Shown piece after piece: positions 23,729-36,752 of a DNA stretch of 64,000 nt. The position numbers were made by a program, and so were the translations under genes. The DNA comes from Azolla caroliniana (Eukaryota; Plantae; Polypodiophyta). The notes beneath the pieces are model-generated. The model saw only the letters and a program-made list of their open reading frames with translations. It was not told where the DNA came from and made no database searches. Each line of letters starts with the position of its first letter. The stretch's first letter is position 1. The DNA is taken from assembly GCA_043228905.1 (NCBI GenBank), contig JBHGNT010000011.1:10416001-10480000 (forward strand). Reading direction: 5' to 3'.

Positions 23729-24124
23729 TGTTGAGAATCAAGCTCAACTTGGTGTAGTGTGTGAACTCACCTTGAGAGTAAATACACACTCCAACGGTCA
23801 AGAGTCACCATTATGTCACCTCTTTGTAATCTAGCATTTAGTATGAGTCATAGAATCATATTCTATGACACATAACTTATGAGCTTTCACATTCCCCATG
23901 CTCCATGAGTCTTGTAGTTAATGAAGAGAGAGGGTGACTATATAAAGCACCCTCCTCCCAGCTTGTATTAAGTTGAGTCTTTCTCCTTTGTTAATACAAT
24001 CTACCTTGCGTATTCTCTATGTCTTATTCCTTGTCTCTCTCACACACACACACTCTCTCTCTCATACACACACATAACTCATATCTCTTCTGCTTCACAA
24101 GAATCCATCTCTTGATTCTTTACA
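23729..24124 (+). repeat. 3' LTR of Copia-1
   Basis: Preceded by PPT TTGAGGGGGCG; TGTTGAG..CTTTACA. Confidence 0.92.
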
Positions 24125-24230
24125 TCTTTCATATCATCATTCTTTATATCATGGTTGTCCTCATGAACTATATGGGGGAACTCCTGTTGTCCAGAGGACA
24201 GAAATGTAAAATTAGGAAATTAGCAAACGC

Positions 24231-25413
24231 ATTCATCACCTCTTCTTCTTTGTCTCTGGAATCACATTCATAGACATAATTATAACTCAAAAAATTAGAA
24301 TAATGATATGAGGGAACTTGTTGAATAGGACATTGCAAGTATGTTGGTTGTTGGCTCATGACCGATCCACAATTATTATAGCTTGGATTTATGGTATATG
24401 ACATTGATACTCCATATAATTCACCGAATAATAGCTTCTTCAATTGTTGATCATAACTTTGACATACTTGAAGCAAATCATGGAAAGACCTTGGGTACTT
24501 CATACTGAAAATATGGATCTAGCCTTGCTTTGAATCTTTGCATCTTGAAGTATACATCTTCAACGCCTCCAACAAGTCGAATCCAAGTGGACCATACATC
24601 CAAAAACGTCTTCTCATACTCGAGGTAGCACATTGATGAAACCATACGCAATTTGAAAAGTCCTCTTCGTAGATCTGTCGCATCGCGAAATCCATATCTT
24701 GCCATCAGTTCGATGATGAATCGGTAGATCCAACCATCCATGAGTGGACAATCGTTCCTCCCGTTATACAGAAAGGATCGACCCTCCCTAGAGCGCCAAA
24801 AATGAAAGAGTGAAGATAGAAAGAAAAGATAAAGAAGATATATAAATCTAAAACTACAAAGATCTATTGATCATGAAAGAAGGAAGATAGAAAGAAGATA
24901 CAACTACAAGTATCTATTGATAAGAACAACACTACATGACTTGTAAAGAAATCACCACAAGAAAGAGACCCCACCCTCACCACCTTATTCTTCTTCCTTT
25001 ATATGAAAGTCTTCTCAACTAGATAACTTTCCCTTGCTTTCTTTTTTACACTTTTTTTAGAAGTTTTCCATCTCCTATTCTTAGCTATGACACAATGATC
25101 TTCAAATCGTCATATCTCCCTCTTCCAAGCTCCAAATTTAGAGCGTTAAAAAGTTACAGATAGCTCTCTTCATAAGATTTCTAATCCATATTTGCATATG
25201 ATATTTGGCTTCCAAACGAATGAGTTATGATCGTTCGTTTCCGACTATGTTTTGGTGGACCGCTTTTTTCTTCTTTTACTTTTCTCCACATGTCTTGCTT
25301 TTAGTTTGACTTATCCTTAAGAACTTGGTTCGTGATCTTGCCCTCCGGATGTGAATGCACCATACCTTATATTCTTGTAGACTTCAATACCTTGAATTCT
25401 AAAAACACTTTCA
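24231..25413 (-). mobile_element. Old LTR element remnant: LTR 24803-25413, PBS and degenerate gag-like sequence
   Basis: Termini TGAAAG..CTTTCA; minus-strand TGGCGCTCTAGGGAGG next to the LTR; ORF pieces 24478..24741 and 24168..24503. Confidence 0.55.
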
Positions 25414-26565
25414 CACTATAATTCAAAGAAGGCAATTAAGGCTATTAAGATCCCAATTACAGGCTCAAAAAATGACTATGGATGATGGTCTAAAATGCAA
25501 CTTTCTCTTATGCATTTTGCCTAACTTGTGGGATACATTTTGCCTAACTTGTGGGATACATTTTGCATTGTTGTTAGCAATAGTGCACAAAATGGGAAAC
25601 TAGTTTACAATGACAAATATGGAGTGCTATTGAGCAAAGAAATTTGTAAGAAATCTATGACAACATCACATAGTGGAGATGCATATAATGTGTATGAGGT
25701 TGGTTCTCACAAGAACCAACAATGTGGTAGGAGCTAAATGAGAACAAACAATAGAGGTAGAAGCAAGTCTACGAAGAAAAACATGCAGTGTCATTATTGC
25801 CATAAGAAGGGGAACCTCAATAAAGATTCTTATGCCTTGAAAAATAAGGAAAGGGATAATGCTAAACCCAAAGGTGATAGGCATGGAAGACAATCCTGTT
25901 GTCCCTCTTCCTCAGTGGAAAAAGAGGAAATAAATGAAACATGTGACGAAACTAACATTTTAGTCTTAGATGATGTTACCACACATGCTGGGGTGAATAT
26001 GGTTTTTTCTCCATCCCATACGTGGTTGTTGGACTCCGGTGCATCATTTCATGTAATTCCACATAGAGAGTAGTTCACATGTTATGAAGTCAACTAACTT
26101 GTCAAAGTTAGACTTGAAGACTTACATCAGTGTGATGTGATTGGTATTGGTGATATCTCAATGCATTTTAGTGATGGTTCTCATCTTACTATGAAAGATG
26201 TATGCCATGTTCCCCAACTAACTCGTAGTTTAATGTCTGTTGGTCAGCTTGAGGATAATGTGCCATATTCCCCAACTAACATGTAGTTTAATGTCTGTTG
26301 GTCAGCTTGATGATATTTGCTTCCCAATCCTTTCATTATATGAAAGGAAATATGATTATTGCAAAAGAGAATAAAGTTGATTCCCACTATCCACTATTTG
26401 TTCATCAAAAGGAACATGTTTTGCCTTACATAGACCAACCTATGACAAGTATTTGGCTTGGCCATTTAGGCCACATGTCACAAAATGGCATGGAAATTCT
26501 TTCCCATTATGGCCACTCACCCAAGTTGTCATTTTCTGATTTTGCATTTTGTGAACATTGCCAAC
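25414..26565 (+). pseudogene. Ancient copia gag/zinc knuckle/protease/pre-integrase fragment (resumes at 36207-36330)
   Basis: CHYCHKKG; WLLDSGASFHV; HLGHMSQNG..CEHCQ; continuation HGKK..VHTNVCGPM after element D. Confidence 0.8.
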
Positions 26566-27000
26566 TGTTGGCATAAAAGGCCGACTCCTTCCACTTTGTA
26601 TCCTAGTGTGTGAACATGTCCAAATAGTTAGGGCTTAGTATATAAGCAATAACCTAACGTTGTAAAGAGAGGATCTTGATCTTCTTCTTGTATATTAAGT
26701 CTCTGAGTACAGAGTTACAGAATAACGAGAGCTTCAATTAGAGCTTGAACTGCGTCTACATTTCCATCATTTCTTCTGTCATACTCTTTGTGTTATTTGT
26801 TGTGCACATAACCGATAGGTCCTCACTTACTTCCGCGCATTCTTCCCAACAAATGGTATCAAAGCATCTTGCTATTGAGCAGCAACAAAACAACAGAGAA
26901 AGCTGAAAGAAAAAGACAAGCTTAGTAAAAATCTCACCTCTGAAAAAGAATATGGCTTTGTTAAGAAATGGGAAGGCAAGAGTGGTTGCAATGCAACAGA

Positions 27001-27045
<45 letters not shown>

Positions 27046-27901
27046 TGTAACAGCAAAGAGAGAGAGAGAGCTCAAGAGACAGAGATAGACAAAAAAGTAT
27101 ATATGATATTAACACAATGAAAATACATCCAACAGTGACTAAGTTACAATGACTTGGTTTATATACCAACTAAGCTAGGGCAAGCGCCCTTTCTACTATC
27201 TACAAAACTAGCCTGGAATGTCCATGGGCTAGTGTGAACCTATGGGAAGTTGAGTTCAATTTTGAACACACCCCTTCGAACACAACTTCCATCTATTCGG
27301 TTTGAAGTTCGGCGTCCATATCTACGTAGCAATGCGTACTCTGCGTACTCCCCCTCAAGCTCGGCAATGTAGGTGGCATGAGACCAAGATCCGATGCGAA
27401 TTGCCTGACTTTGTCCACTCCTAAGGCCTTCGTAAATATATCAACAACCTAGAGGTGTGTGCTGATATGTTGGAGATCGATTTCTCCGGCCTGTACGCGC
27501 TCGCGGATGAAGTGGTAGTGCACTTCGATGTGTTTAGTCTACGCGTGAAATACGGGGTTGCGAGCCCAGTAGATACTGCTCATGTTGTCGAAGTACAGGT
27601 GTATTGGATCTTTGATGGGTACGCCCAGATCTTTGAGTATATGCTTAAGCCATACGGCTTCGCATGCGGCGACTGTTGCACCCCTGTATTCAGCTTCCGT
27701 GCTCGACAGTGTGACTATCAGTTGTTTCTTGCTGCTCCAGGAGATTGCTCCGCTGCTGAGGGAGAAGACAAATCCGGATGTGGATCGTCTATCCGCTTTG
27801 TATCCTGCCCAGTCCGTGTCTGTGTACCCTTCAAGTTGAATGATCGTATTCGACTTATACAAGATGCCATAATCCACTGTTGTGCTGACATACCGTAGTA
27901 T

Positions 27902-28743
27902 CATGGTTGTTTACGTACCCGTATTTAACGTTTAAATACGTATAGTACCTCATCATTTGTATAGTACGTACTATACCTCAATGTTGTTCAGTCAAATATC
28001 CTGTACATTTGTCCAATGTAGTATTTAATGTATTTATAAAAAAACAGGTATAATACGTATTTATAAAGAAAATGTAAGTAAAACCCTAACAAAAAGCAAA
28101 AGAAAAAAAAGATTTTAGTGAAAAAGAAGCCAAAGGAAGGAAGAAAGAAGAATAGAAGAGACGATGATGATGAAGAAGAAGAAGAAGAAGAAGAAGAAGA
28201 AGAGAGAAAAGAAGACATAAACCTGTCCTGAGTGTGATAATCGCAGAAGATAGAAGATAGAAGAAGAAGAAGAAGAAAAGAGAAACCTATCATGAGTGTG
28301 ATAATCGTAGACAATTCCTCAATCTATGAAGGCATAATTGTAAATAATTACAATTTGAAGTAGAACATCGTGATATACACTTACACTAATCTATAGAATA
28401 AGGGAATCTCGACATCCATATTACTACAAGTATTTTAGGATGTGAAATGTTCAATTGTCTTATATGCATTTTAGGATGTAGAACTATATTGTACATCACA
28501 AAATTGTGTAAACATAGATGTTTTTTACAATATTATAGACATTTTTTAGAAAGGTAAATAATTTTCAAATTCTAGAGTATTTAACGTACTATACGTATTT
28601 TACGTACTTTACGTATTTTATAAGTATTTAACATATTAAGAAAACGTATTTAACGTATTTTTAAATTGGGAGGTACTATACGGGTATTAATACGTTAAAT
28701 ACGTATGGTATCCGTACCGTACCTAATGTACCTAACAACCTTG
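27902..28743. mobile_element. Non-autonomous hAT-type DNA transposon (MITE-like)
   Basis: 8-bp TSD CGTAGTAT at 27894-27901 and 28744-28751; imperfect TIRs CATGGTTGTT / AACAACCTTG; TACGTA-rich subterminal repeats. Confidence 0.85.
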
Positions 28744-28807
28744 CGTAGTATCCTCTTAGCGTAATAGAGGTGAAGGTTTCTTGGATTCTGCATGAATTGG
28801 CTAAGTA

Positions 28808-30271
28808 GGGGTTAAACTCTCGCTCACCACGGCGTACAATCTGGAGGCGAACGGAAAGGTGGAACGCTGACACGGGCTGATCGTCAAAGCGTTAGTGTGG
28901 GCATGTGGAGGCCAAGTCGGAAATTGGCCGCAACTCTTACCCTTTGCGTTGTGGGCCGACCGAACTACGCACAGTTCGGTAACCAAGTTCATGCCGGCAT
29001 AGTTGATGGACGGGCAGAAGCCGGTTATGCCAATGGAGTGAACGATCTCCTCATGGGCTGCGGTGGACTGGAAAGACGAGATGAGCCGGGAGGAGCTATT
29101 AGTGGCGCGGATACGGCAGCTCGAGCGAAGACCGGAGGATGTGGAACGAGCCGTGGAAAAGCTACGGGCGGCGAGGGTGAAGAACAAAGAATGATTCGAC
29201 AGGACCCGCCGACTACGGCCGAGGAAAATCGAGGAAGGCGACTGGGTTCTGGTATACGACAGCAGCCTCGACAACCAACACAAGGCAATGCGGAAGTTTG
29301 CAAGGAGCTGGTTCGGGCCTTACGTGGTGACAAGCGCCAACGACAACGGGACCTACCATCTCGCGGAGCTTGACGGGACGAGGATGGCAGTACCAGTGGC
29401 CGGGAAAAGATTCAAAGTGTTCAAAAGCGGCACGAGGATGAACTGGACCCGGATGACTTGGATTGCAAGGACGACCGGTTCGGGACAAATGGCGATCTGG
29501 AGGACGAAGGGTAAGTGCGGGCCGGTCTTCTCCAGCAAGAGTCTATTTAGGCGCATACCGGTGGATGCGTGGTTAGGTGGGGGCCGATGTCGTGGAGAAA
29601 ACCGTCCCTAGGCGGAATCGGAGATTAATGTGCGCGAATTGGCCCTTATACGTAGGCACAAGTTTTGTTGTAATATATGCATTAATTTACAAGTCGGCTG
29701 ATGTGAATATCCTAGGTAGCACGCATTTGTTAGGTAGAATATCAAGGCATATCTCTGTCCGAAAGGATAGAGAATAAAGATGATGTAACGGGTTGTGACG
29801 GCCTCCCTCCTTGGGCTATAAAAGAGAGGGAGAGGAATCGAAATGGGGATTGTTTTTGTTGAGGATGAAGTGTTGTCGGACCGGGACCGAGCTCTTCTCC
29901 TCTGTCTTTCTCTCTATTTTTGCTCTGTGTAGGTTTTCGGGAGGCTGTCTTTGCTCCGTGGAACGCCCGAGTGCTTCCAGCAGAGTCTCCATCTCACTCT
30001 TCTATGTGCGTGTGCGTAGACGTAGGAGGTTTGTTGCTCACTGGCTTGCCGGTTGTAAACCCCTTTTCATCAGAGTATATATAAACATATACGCATTCAT
30101 CTCGTTTCCGTTGTTTCATTCAGTTGCAGTTTCTGTGTATCTATGTGTGTGTGTGTGTGTGTGGAAGCATGGCCGTTTCCTTCCTTGCTCCTACCCTTGA
30201 TTGGTCATTCCTCGGTCCAGGACCCCCGTGGTCCCACCTCGTTCTACACGTACGCGCGTAACAACGCGACA
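28808..30271 (+). mobile_element. Truncated Trp-family gypsy F: integrase C-terminal part plus 3' LTR (29588-30271)
   Basis: KLSLTTAYNLEA..WFGPY..ELDGT similar to element B; PPT then TGTCG..CGACA. Confidence 0.85.
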
Positions 30272-31142
30272 TCGGTGCTCAGCTTCCGAGGCACATCTGC
30301 ACCAATTCCTCATCGTCAATGATGACGTTGATCGATCCGAGGGCGTCACATAGCTCCTTGATCTTCAAGGTATAGCTTGAGATTGACATGTCCCTCTGTT
30401 GGATGCTATTCAGCTCCTAACGAAGCTAGAGCTTGCATGTGGTCGTGTTGGCTGCGAAAATCTTTATGAGATTTTCCCACGCCTGCTTCGGCGTTTTTGC
30501 CTCTCGAATGTAGCCAAGAATGTGATCATGAGTGCATGATGCAAGGCAATACAACACACGGCTTGTGGCCTGCTCCCAAGTGGGATAGTCGGCGTGTGTT
30601 GGGTTGGGGTGTGATTCATGAGCTCCTTTGATGTAGCTCCAGTAGCCTTGTCTGACAAGATATTGATGCATCTTGTATTCCCAAGATGCAAATTTCGTTC
30701 TGTCGAGCTTCTCAGTAGGAAGAGCGCTTCCCATTTGAGTAATCATGGTGATTTCTTCTCTGTCGATGGGCCGGTTTTGTTGATTGTCGGTGTGCAACAC
30801 AACATAGTCGAAAATGCTTGATTAGGAAACCACATGCTCTCATACCATGTTAAGAAATGGGAAGGCAAGAGTGGTTGCAATGCAGTGGAAGGTAAACGTA
30901 TGTGTGTGTGTGTGTAACAGCAGAGAGAGAGAGAGAGAGCTCAAGAGATAGAGATAGACAAAAAAGTATATATGATATTAACACAACGAAAATACATCCA
31001 ATAGTGACTAAGTTACAATGACTTGGTTTATATACCAACTAAGCTAGGGCAAGCGCCCTTTCTACTATCTACAAAACTAGCCTGGAATGTCCATGGGCTA
31101 GTGTGAACCTATGGGAAGTTGAGTTCGATTCTCAACAGGCTT

Positions 31143-32133
31143 CAACATCCAGAACAAGAATTGAAATCCGAAAACTCGATGGCAAAAGTTTTGCCTTGTG
31201 GAAGGAGATGATGCAGGATGTGTTGATCATCAGAAGACAAGTCGATGCCATTCGACATAGCGAAAAAACCCGCTTCAATGAAAACCGAAGAGTGGAGATC
31301 CATAGACGAAATTGTATGCTCCACCATCCGAATGCATGAGAATGTCTACTTCAGCATGACCAAGGAGATGACAACTTTCTCGTTATGGGAGAAGTTGCAA
31401 ACAGTGTACGAAAAGAAGTCCTCCTCATCGAAACTTATATTGATTCGACAACTATTCAATATGAAGATGCGAGAGTCAGACCCAACAACCTCTCACATCA
31501 ATACCTTTAGCCGAATGTTTTCTGAACTTTCTTCCCAAGGGATTAACTTCAAAGAAGAAGTTAAAGCCCTTGCCCTCCTATTGACCTTGCCGATGAGTTG
31601 GGAGGTCTTTTGTATGACATTCGCCAATAGCAGCCCTAGGCTGAATCTACAAGAAATAATCGGCCAAATCCTCACTAAGGATGGTTGGCAAAAATGGATG
31701 AGACTCACCATCGATGAGTCAGCAGAAGCCCACCACTTGATCAAATTAGTCGACCGACACAGTCGATCGAGACAAAAAATTGATAGAACCGGTTGAAATC
31801 ATAGTCAATCGAAAATGAGGGGAGACTGACAATGGTCGAAGTCGAGAACGAGTCGATCAGGCGAATTCTGCACCCACTGTAGAAAAGTCGGTCACAATGT
31901 TTCTGACTGCTGGTCGATCAAGAAGAAAGAGAGTGGTTAGCACTCCGAGAAGAATCGAGGACGATCCAACTTGAATCACCCTCTCGTAGGCAACGTCGCG
32001 CACACGTGGTTGCTGGATTCCGGCACCACATTTCACGTAACCTCAAACATGGAATGGTTTTCAAACTATTCGGTTGACGTCAGCGGCACAATCCGACTCG
32101 GGAATGGGTAGGAGTGCATAATTGCAGGGAGTT
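31143..32133 (+). pseudogene. gag: Element D copia gag, zinc knuckle and protease start
   Basis: KLDGKSFALWK; LWEKLQTVYEKKS; CTHCRKVGHNVSDC; WLLDSGTTFH. Confidence 0.85.
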
Positions 32134-32174
32134 TGTTGGCATAAAAGGCCGACTCCTTCCACTTTGTATCCTAG

Positions 32175-35100
32175 TGTCATGATATGGCATGGTATGGCTC
32201 CAAAAGGATTTGAAACCATGACCTTGTGTTACATGAATTGAACCCTTACCATTAAACTACATGTTGTAATACAAAAAACATTATTTTCATTTATTATTTC
32301 AAAATAGGAAATTTATGTATATTTTGGATCACTTTGGAACAGTCTAGAATTTTTAGGAGTACTCTTGACAACACTATAGATAGAGGCACAAGGCATTATT
32401 CCGAACCAATTCGGTGAACAACGCTAGTCTTAAGCCTCCTCGTTGTTCTTGTATCTTCTCTTCATATAATATACCACTTGTTATCATCATTCTCTCTCTC
32501 TCTCTCTCCTCCTGTCACGAGTCCCTCTTAATACTAATACTCATAGTACTTTCCTCCTCTATCTCTAGTACTAATTCCCTCTCTGTCTTTAGTACTATTC
32601 CTGATAGTTTGAACCGAATTTCCCCTCATCTTCGTATCCCTCCTTCCCACCATAATAATCTTCTTATCATTCCTTCCTCCAATACTATGGCAACGGTTAG
32701 CACTCAAGAATACCAATATGTTTTCTCGGAGCTTCAGTGCTTGAATGAAAAGTTTGTAGCACTAGAACAAGAAAATCGACGGTTGTTGGGGGATCTTCAA
32801 CAAATCTCTCTAGAAAAACAGCAAACGCAACAACAACACAGGGAGTTGGCGTTCGTGTGCAACAACTTGAAGCAACCATTGTGTCATTACAATAATAGGG
32901 ACCAAGTACTCAAGGTATTCATACAGAACCCAAGATCGTTCTTCCTATGAAATTTGATGGAACATGACCACAATTCAGAGGATTTCTTAATCACGTATGT
33001 CTGGTGATTCAAATGCATCCTTCCCAATATCCCACCGATGCATCATGAGTGGGACTAGTAGGCACGTTGCTTAGTGGCACAACTTTGGCATGGTTTGCTC
33101 CTTTGTTAGAAAAAGGATCTCCATTGTTAAATAATTTTGAGGAATTTATTCGTGAGTTTCAGAGACAACGATAGTGTTAGGACGACAATCAATAAAATCT
33201 GAAGAATGCGTCAAGGTGATCACCCAGCCTCAGCTTACACTACAGATTTCCGTCTACTCGCCATTGATATTCCTAGGATGACCTAGCATTGATGGAGCAA
33301 TTTCGATGTGGCCTAAGAAATGATGTCAAAGACTTACTCTTAAATTTCCCCGAAGAACCAAAGTCACTCACAGAGGCAATCAGTCGAGCGGTACGTTGCG
33401 ATAACAAGCTTTTCGAATGATGTTCGAAACGTCAATTACAAATACCAAGAACAAGGTTGGAGCCCACATACACCTCAGTTGTAGCAAAACCATTTGCAAT
33501 GGAGTCATATAATGTGCCTCCAGCAAATACTCCAAAATCGATTGAAATTGACACCACATGTCGCCGTGGACCATTATCGGAAGAGGAAAAGCAATGATGT
33601 CGAGCAAATCAACTATGTCTTTATTGCGGTGGACAACGACATATTGCAGTGAACTGCCCCCATAGGCCAAGAAGACAGGTAAATCAAATAGTCGCTAGCA
33701 CTAAACCCGAGTCTATTTCATTAGAAGTGTCTGATAATCCTAATAGCCAAGCCTATCAAACAAATTTGAAGTCCTTAGTCTACTAGAAGAAGAGTTAAAC
33801 AATTAAGTCCAGCCAAAATAGGAGTTGTTTCGTTGGACAACCCTAGATCTGTGCAGCCCATTAGTGGTTCCATTCCCTCTAAGCAAGTTACCAATGTCTT
33901 CCTAGCTCAAGTAATAATTAGTACTAAAAGTAACCCTCCAGTACATGTCTTAGCACTCTTAGATTTCGGAACCAATTCTTGCCTCATAGATAAGAATATT
34001 GCCCAAGCTCATCAGATATCCCTAAGAAAGCTCCCTTGCCCAACTTTTGTAGTAGTCATTGATGGTTGCCCCATTGCCTCTGGAAATATCATAGAAGAGT
34101 CAAAGCTAATTAGTGTTGTCTTAAATAATTTGGCATGTGTAGTATCATTTAATGTAATTAGTAGTCTAGAGCATCCAATTGTTTTGGGGTTAGCATGGTT
34201 TGAATTACACAATCCTGACATAGATTGGAGAACAAGGGAAATCGGGTATCAACAACCTCGAGGATCTACTAATAAGATTTCAACCATTTCGCTACATCAA
34301 TTGTGTGAGGAAGGATGCAAGGAATCAATGTTTGTATTTGCAGTATAAATGAAACCTTCCAACATCACTAAGGAAGAGTTAACAATTTAACTTCCAACAA
34401 AGTATTCTCATTACGTCGACGTTTTTTATAAGGTAAAAGCTAGTACCTTCCTCACCATCGACCATATGATTGTCTTGACTTACAACTAGGAAAAGAGCCA
34501 TCGTGGGGACTAATCTACAACTTGTCACCAACTGAGCTTGAAGTTCTTCGAGCTTACATAGAGGAAAATTTGGCAAATGGGTTTATTCGACATTCGAAAT
34601 CTCCAGTCGGCGCACCTATTTTCTTTGTCAAGATAAAAGATGGATCACTTCGTCTAGTCGTGGATTACCGTGGCTTGAATAAGGTCACCATCAAGAATAG
34701 GTATGCACTTCTGGATCTCGAGTCTTTTAGAGAGAATTAATGGTACAAATTTTTTCACAAAAATGGCACTTCAAATATACGGTTATCCCATTCGGCCTCT
34801 CCAATGCGCCAACAGTCTTCCAGCACATGGCAAATGATATATTCAGAGATCTTTTGGACATCTGTTTGATCATCTACTTGGATGATCTGTTAATTTATTC
34901 AAAGACACAAGAGGAGCATGATTCTCATGTACTATTAGTACTAAGATGACTACGAGAACATGGTCTTTATGCAAAGCGGGAAAATTGTAGTTTTGATTGT
35001 AACCAGGTGGAATTTCGAGGCTATGTTATCTCCTAAGAAGGCATCTCTATGGATCCAGCTAAAGTCCAAATTGTGTTAGAGTGACAGACTCCACGTTCAT

Positions 35101-35956
35101 TGCGAGATGTGTAATGCTTTTTAGGATTCGCAAATTTCTATCACAAGTTTATACAGGACTACTCAAAACTTATTTTGCCGCTCACACAACTTACAAAGAA
35201 GGGGCAATCATTTGTTTGGGCCAAGGAAGTGGACATGGCTTTTTAGGGTCTCAAGAAAGCATTTACATCAGCTCTTGTTCTAGCTTATGTTGATCCACAT
35301 AAACCATTTATCATTGAGGCAGACGCGTCAGATTTCGCCCTTGGTAGTATTTTGTCACAACAAGGTGACGATGAGAAGCTACATCCTATGGATTTCCACT
35401 CGCACAAATTTAATGCCATTGAAATCAAGTATGAGATACATGACAATGATCTATTAGCAATAGTGGACTCTTTTGCACAATGGATGCATTTTTTAGAAGG
35501 ATCTCCTCATCAATTCACTGTATTCAGTGATCACAAGAATCTTTCCTACTTCTAGAATGCTCGCGTATTAAATAGACAACAAGCTTGGTGGACCCAGTTC
35601 CTCACGCGTTTCGACTTCAAGATTACATCTTGTCTAGGCAAGCAATAAGGGAAGGCAGATGCATTATCACGACGCTCGTATCTAGCTCCTCGTATCAAGC
35701 AATTCATGTCCGGACCAATTCGGTTCAATGCTAGTCTTAAGCCTCTATTTATAGTGATGTCAAGAGTACTCTTGAAGATTGTAGAATGTCCCAGAGTAAT
35801 TTGGAATATACATGAATTTCCTATAGTGAAATAATAAATGAAAATAATATCTTTCGTATTACAATGCATAGTTTAATGGTAAAGGTTCAACCCATGTAAC
35901 ACAAGGTCAGGATGGGTCCAAATCCTTTTGGAGCCATACCATGCCATATCATGACA
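32175..35956 (+). mobile_element. Chromovirus-like (Tf1/Tcn1-type) gypsy G with inverted U3 termini and no integrase
   Basis: 5' LTR about 32175-32606; 35741-35956 is the reverse complement of 32175-32387; TSD CCTAG/CCTAC; removal restores the D LTR. Confidence 0.85.
32687..35692 (+). pseudogene. Element G gag-PR-RT-RNase H (decayed)
   Basis: LCLYCGGQRHIAVNC; ALLDFGTNS; [20 protein letters not shown]; IYLDDLLIYS; EADASDFALG; ends at KADALSRRSYL. Confidence 0.9.
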
Positions 35957-36752
35957 CCTACTGTGTGAACATGTCCAAATAGTTAGGGCTTAGTATTTAA
36001 GCAATAACCCAACGTTGTCACGAGAGGATCTTGATCTTCTTCTTGTATATTGAGTTTCTGAGTACAGAGTTACAGAATAACGAGAACTTTCATTAGAGCT
36101 TGAACTGCGTCTACGTTTCCATCATTTCTTCTATCATACTCTCTATGTTGTTTTCTATGCACATAACTGACAAATCCTCACTTACTTCTGTGCATTCTTC
36201 CTGACACCAACATGGTAAGAAAATCAGGATTGCACATAAAGCTTGTGCTAACTCATCCACTAAACCATTGGGTCTTGTTCACACAAATGTTTGTGGACCT
36301 ATGCACACAAGATCGTTGGGTGGTGCATGTTATATAAAATATATATAAGCTTTGAGATAGTGATTGTAGTAACCACATGTCAAGTAAAGAGAAGTACTTT
36401 AGCAATCTTCAAGAACTCAGGACAAGAGGTTTTGTGGAGACAAGAGACAACAAAGAACATGAGATAAAACAAATAGGAGATGTGAAGCTTGATGGAAACC
36501 CAAAACGAAGAGTTTATGTGAGGTATTGCATGTTCCTACTATTACAAAGAACTTAATCTCTATTGGGTACATGGTTGAAAGGTATATCAAGTGAAGTTCA
36601 ACAATGATGTTTTATTGAGGAAGGAAGGAAGGAAGGATGATCACTCTTAACATCGCCGAAGAGCAAAGCAACAAGGAAATATTCATTACTTATGGGGACA
36701 GGTGGATTGGAGACTTGGATTTGTGGTGAAAAAGGTGTGGCCACATTAATAT

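Larger units (their letters stand above)
6717..24124 (+). mobile_element. Ty1/copia element Copia-1, hosting solo LTR S1 and elements B and C
   Basis: 5' LTR remnant 6717-6999 matches 3' LTR 23729-24124; PBS TGGTATCAGAGC at 7000; gag-PR-INT-RT-RH order. Confidence 0.93.
26959..31137 (-). mobile_element. Copia element E, internally deleted
   Basis: LTRs 26959-27268 and 30848-31137; TSD GGCTT; PBS 30836-30847; gag 30426..30800; RNase H 27539..27904. Confidence 0.9.
26566..36206 (+). mobile_element. Miniature copia-type element D (about 286-bp LTRs; gag and protease start only), hosting E and G
   Basis: 5' LTR 26566-26851; PBS TGGTATCAAAGC at 26854; 3' LTR 32134-32174 plus 35962-36206; TSD CCAAC on both sides. 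Confidence 0.88.

Noticed and set aside
32175-35956. DIRS element or DNA transposon because of the inverted termini
   Set aside because: No tyrosine recombinase or transposase; it has an aspartic protease, TG..CA ends and a 5-bp TSD typical of gypsy integration.
36335-36752. Unassigned sequence (also about 37170-37357) as possible host gene exons
   Set aside because: No ORF, motif or boundary I can support; probably old TE debris.
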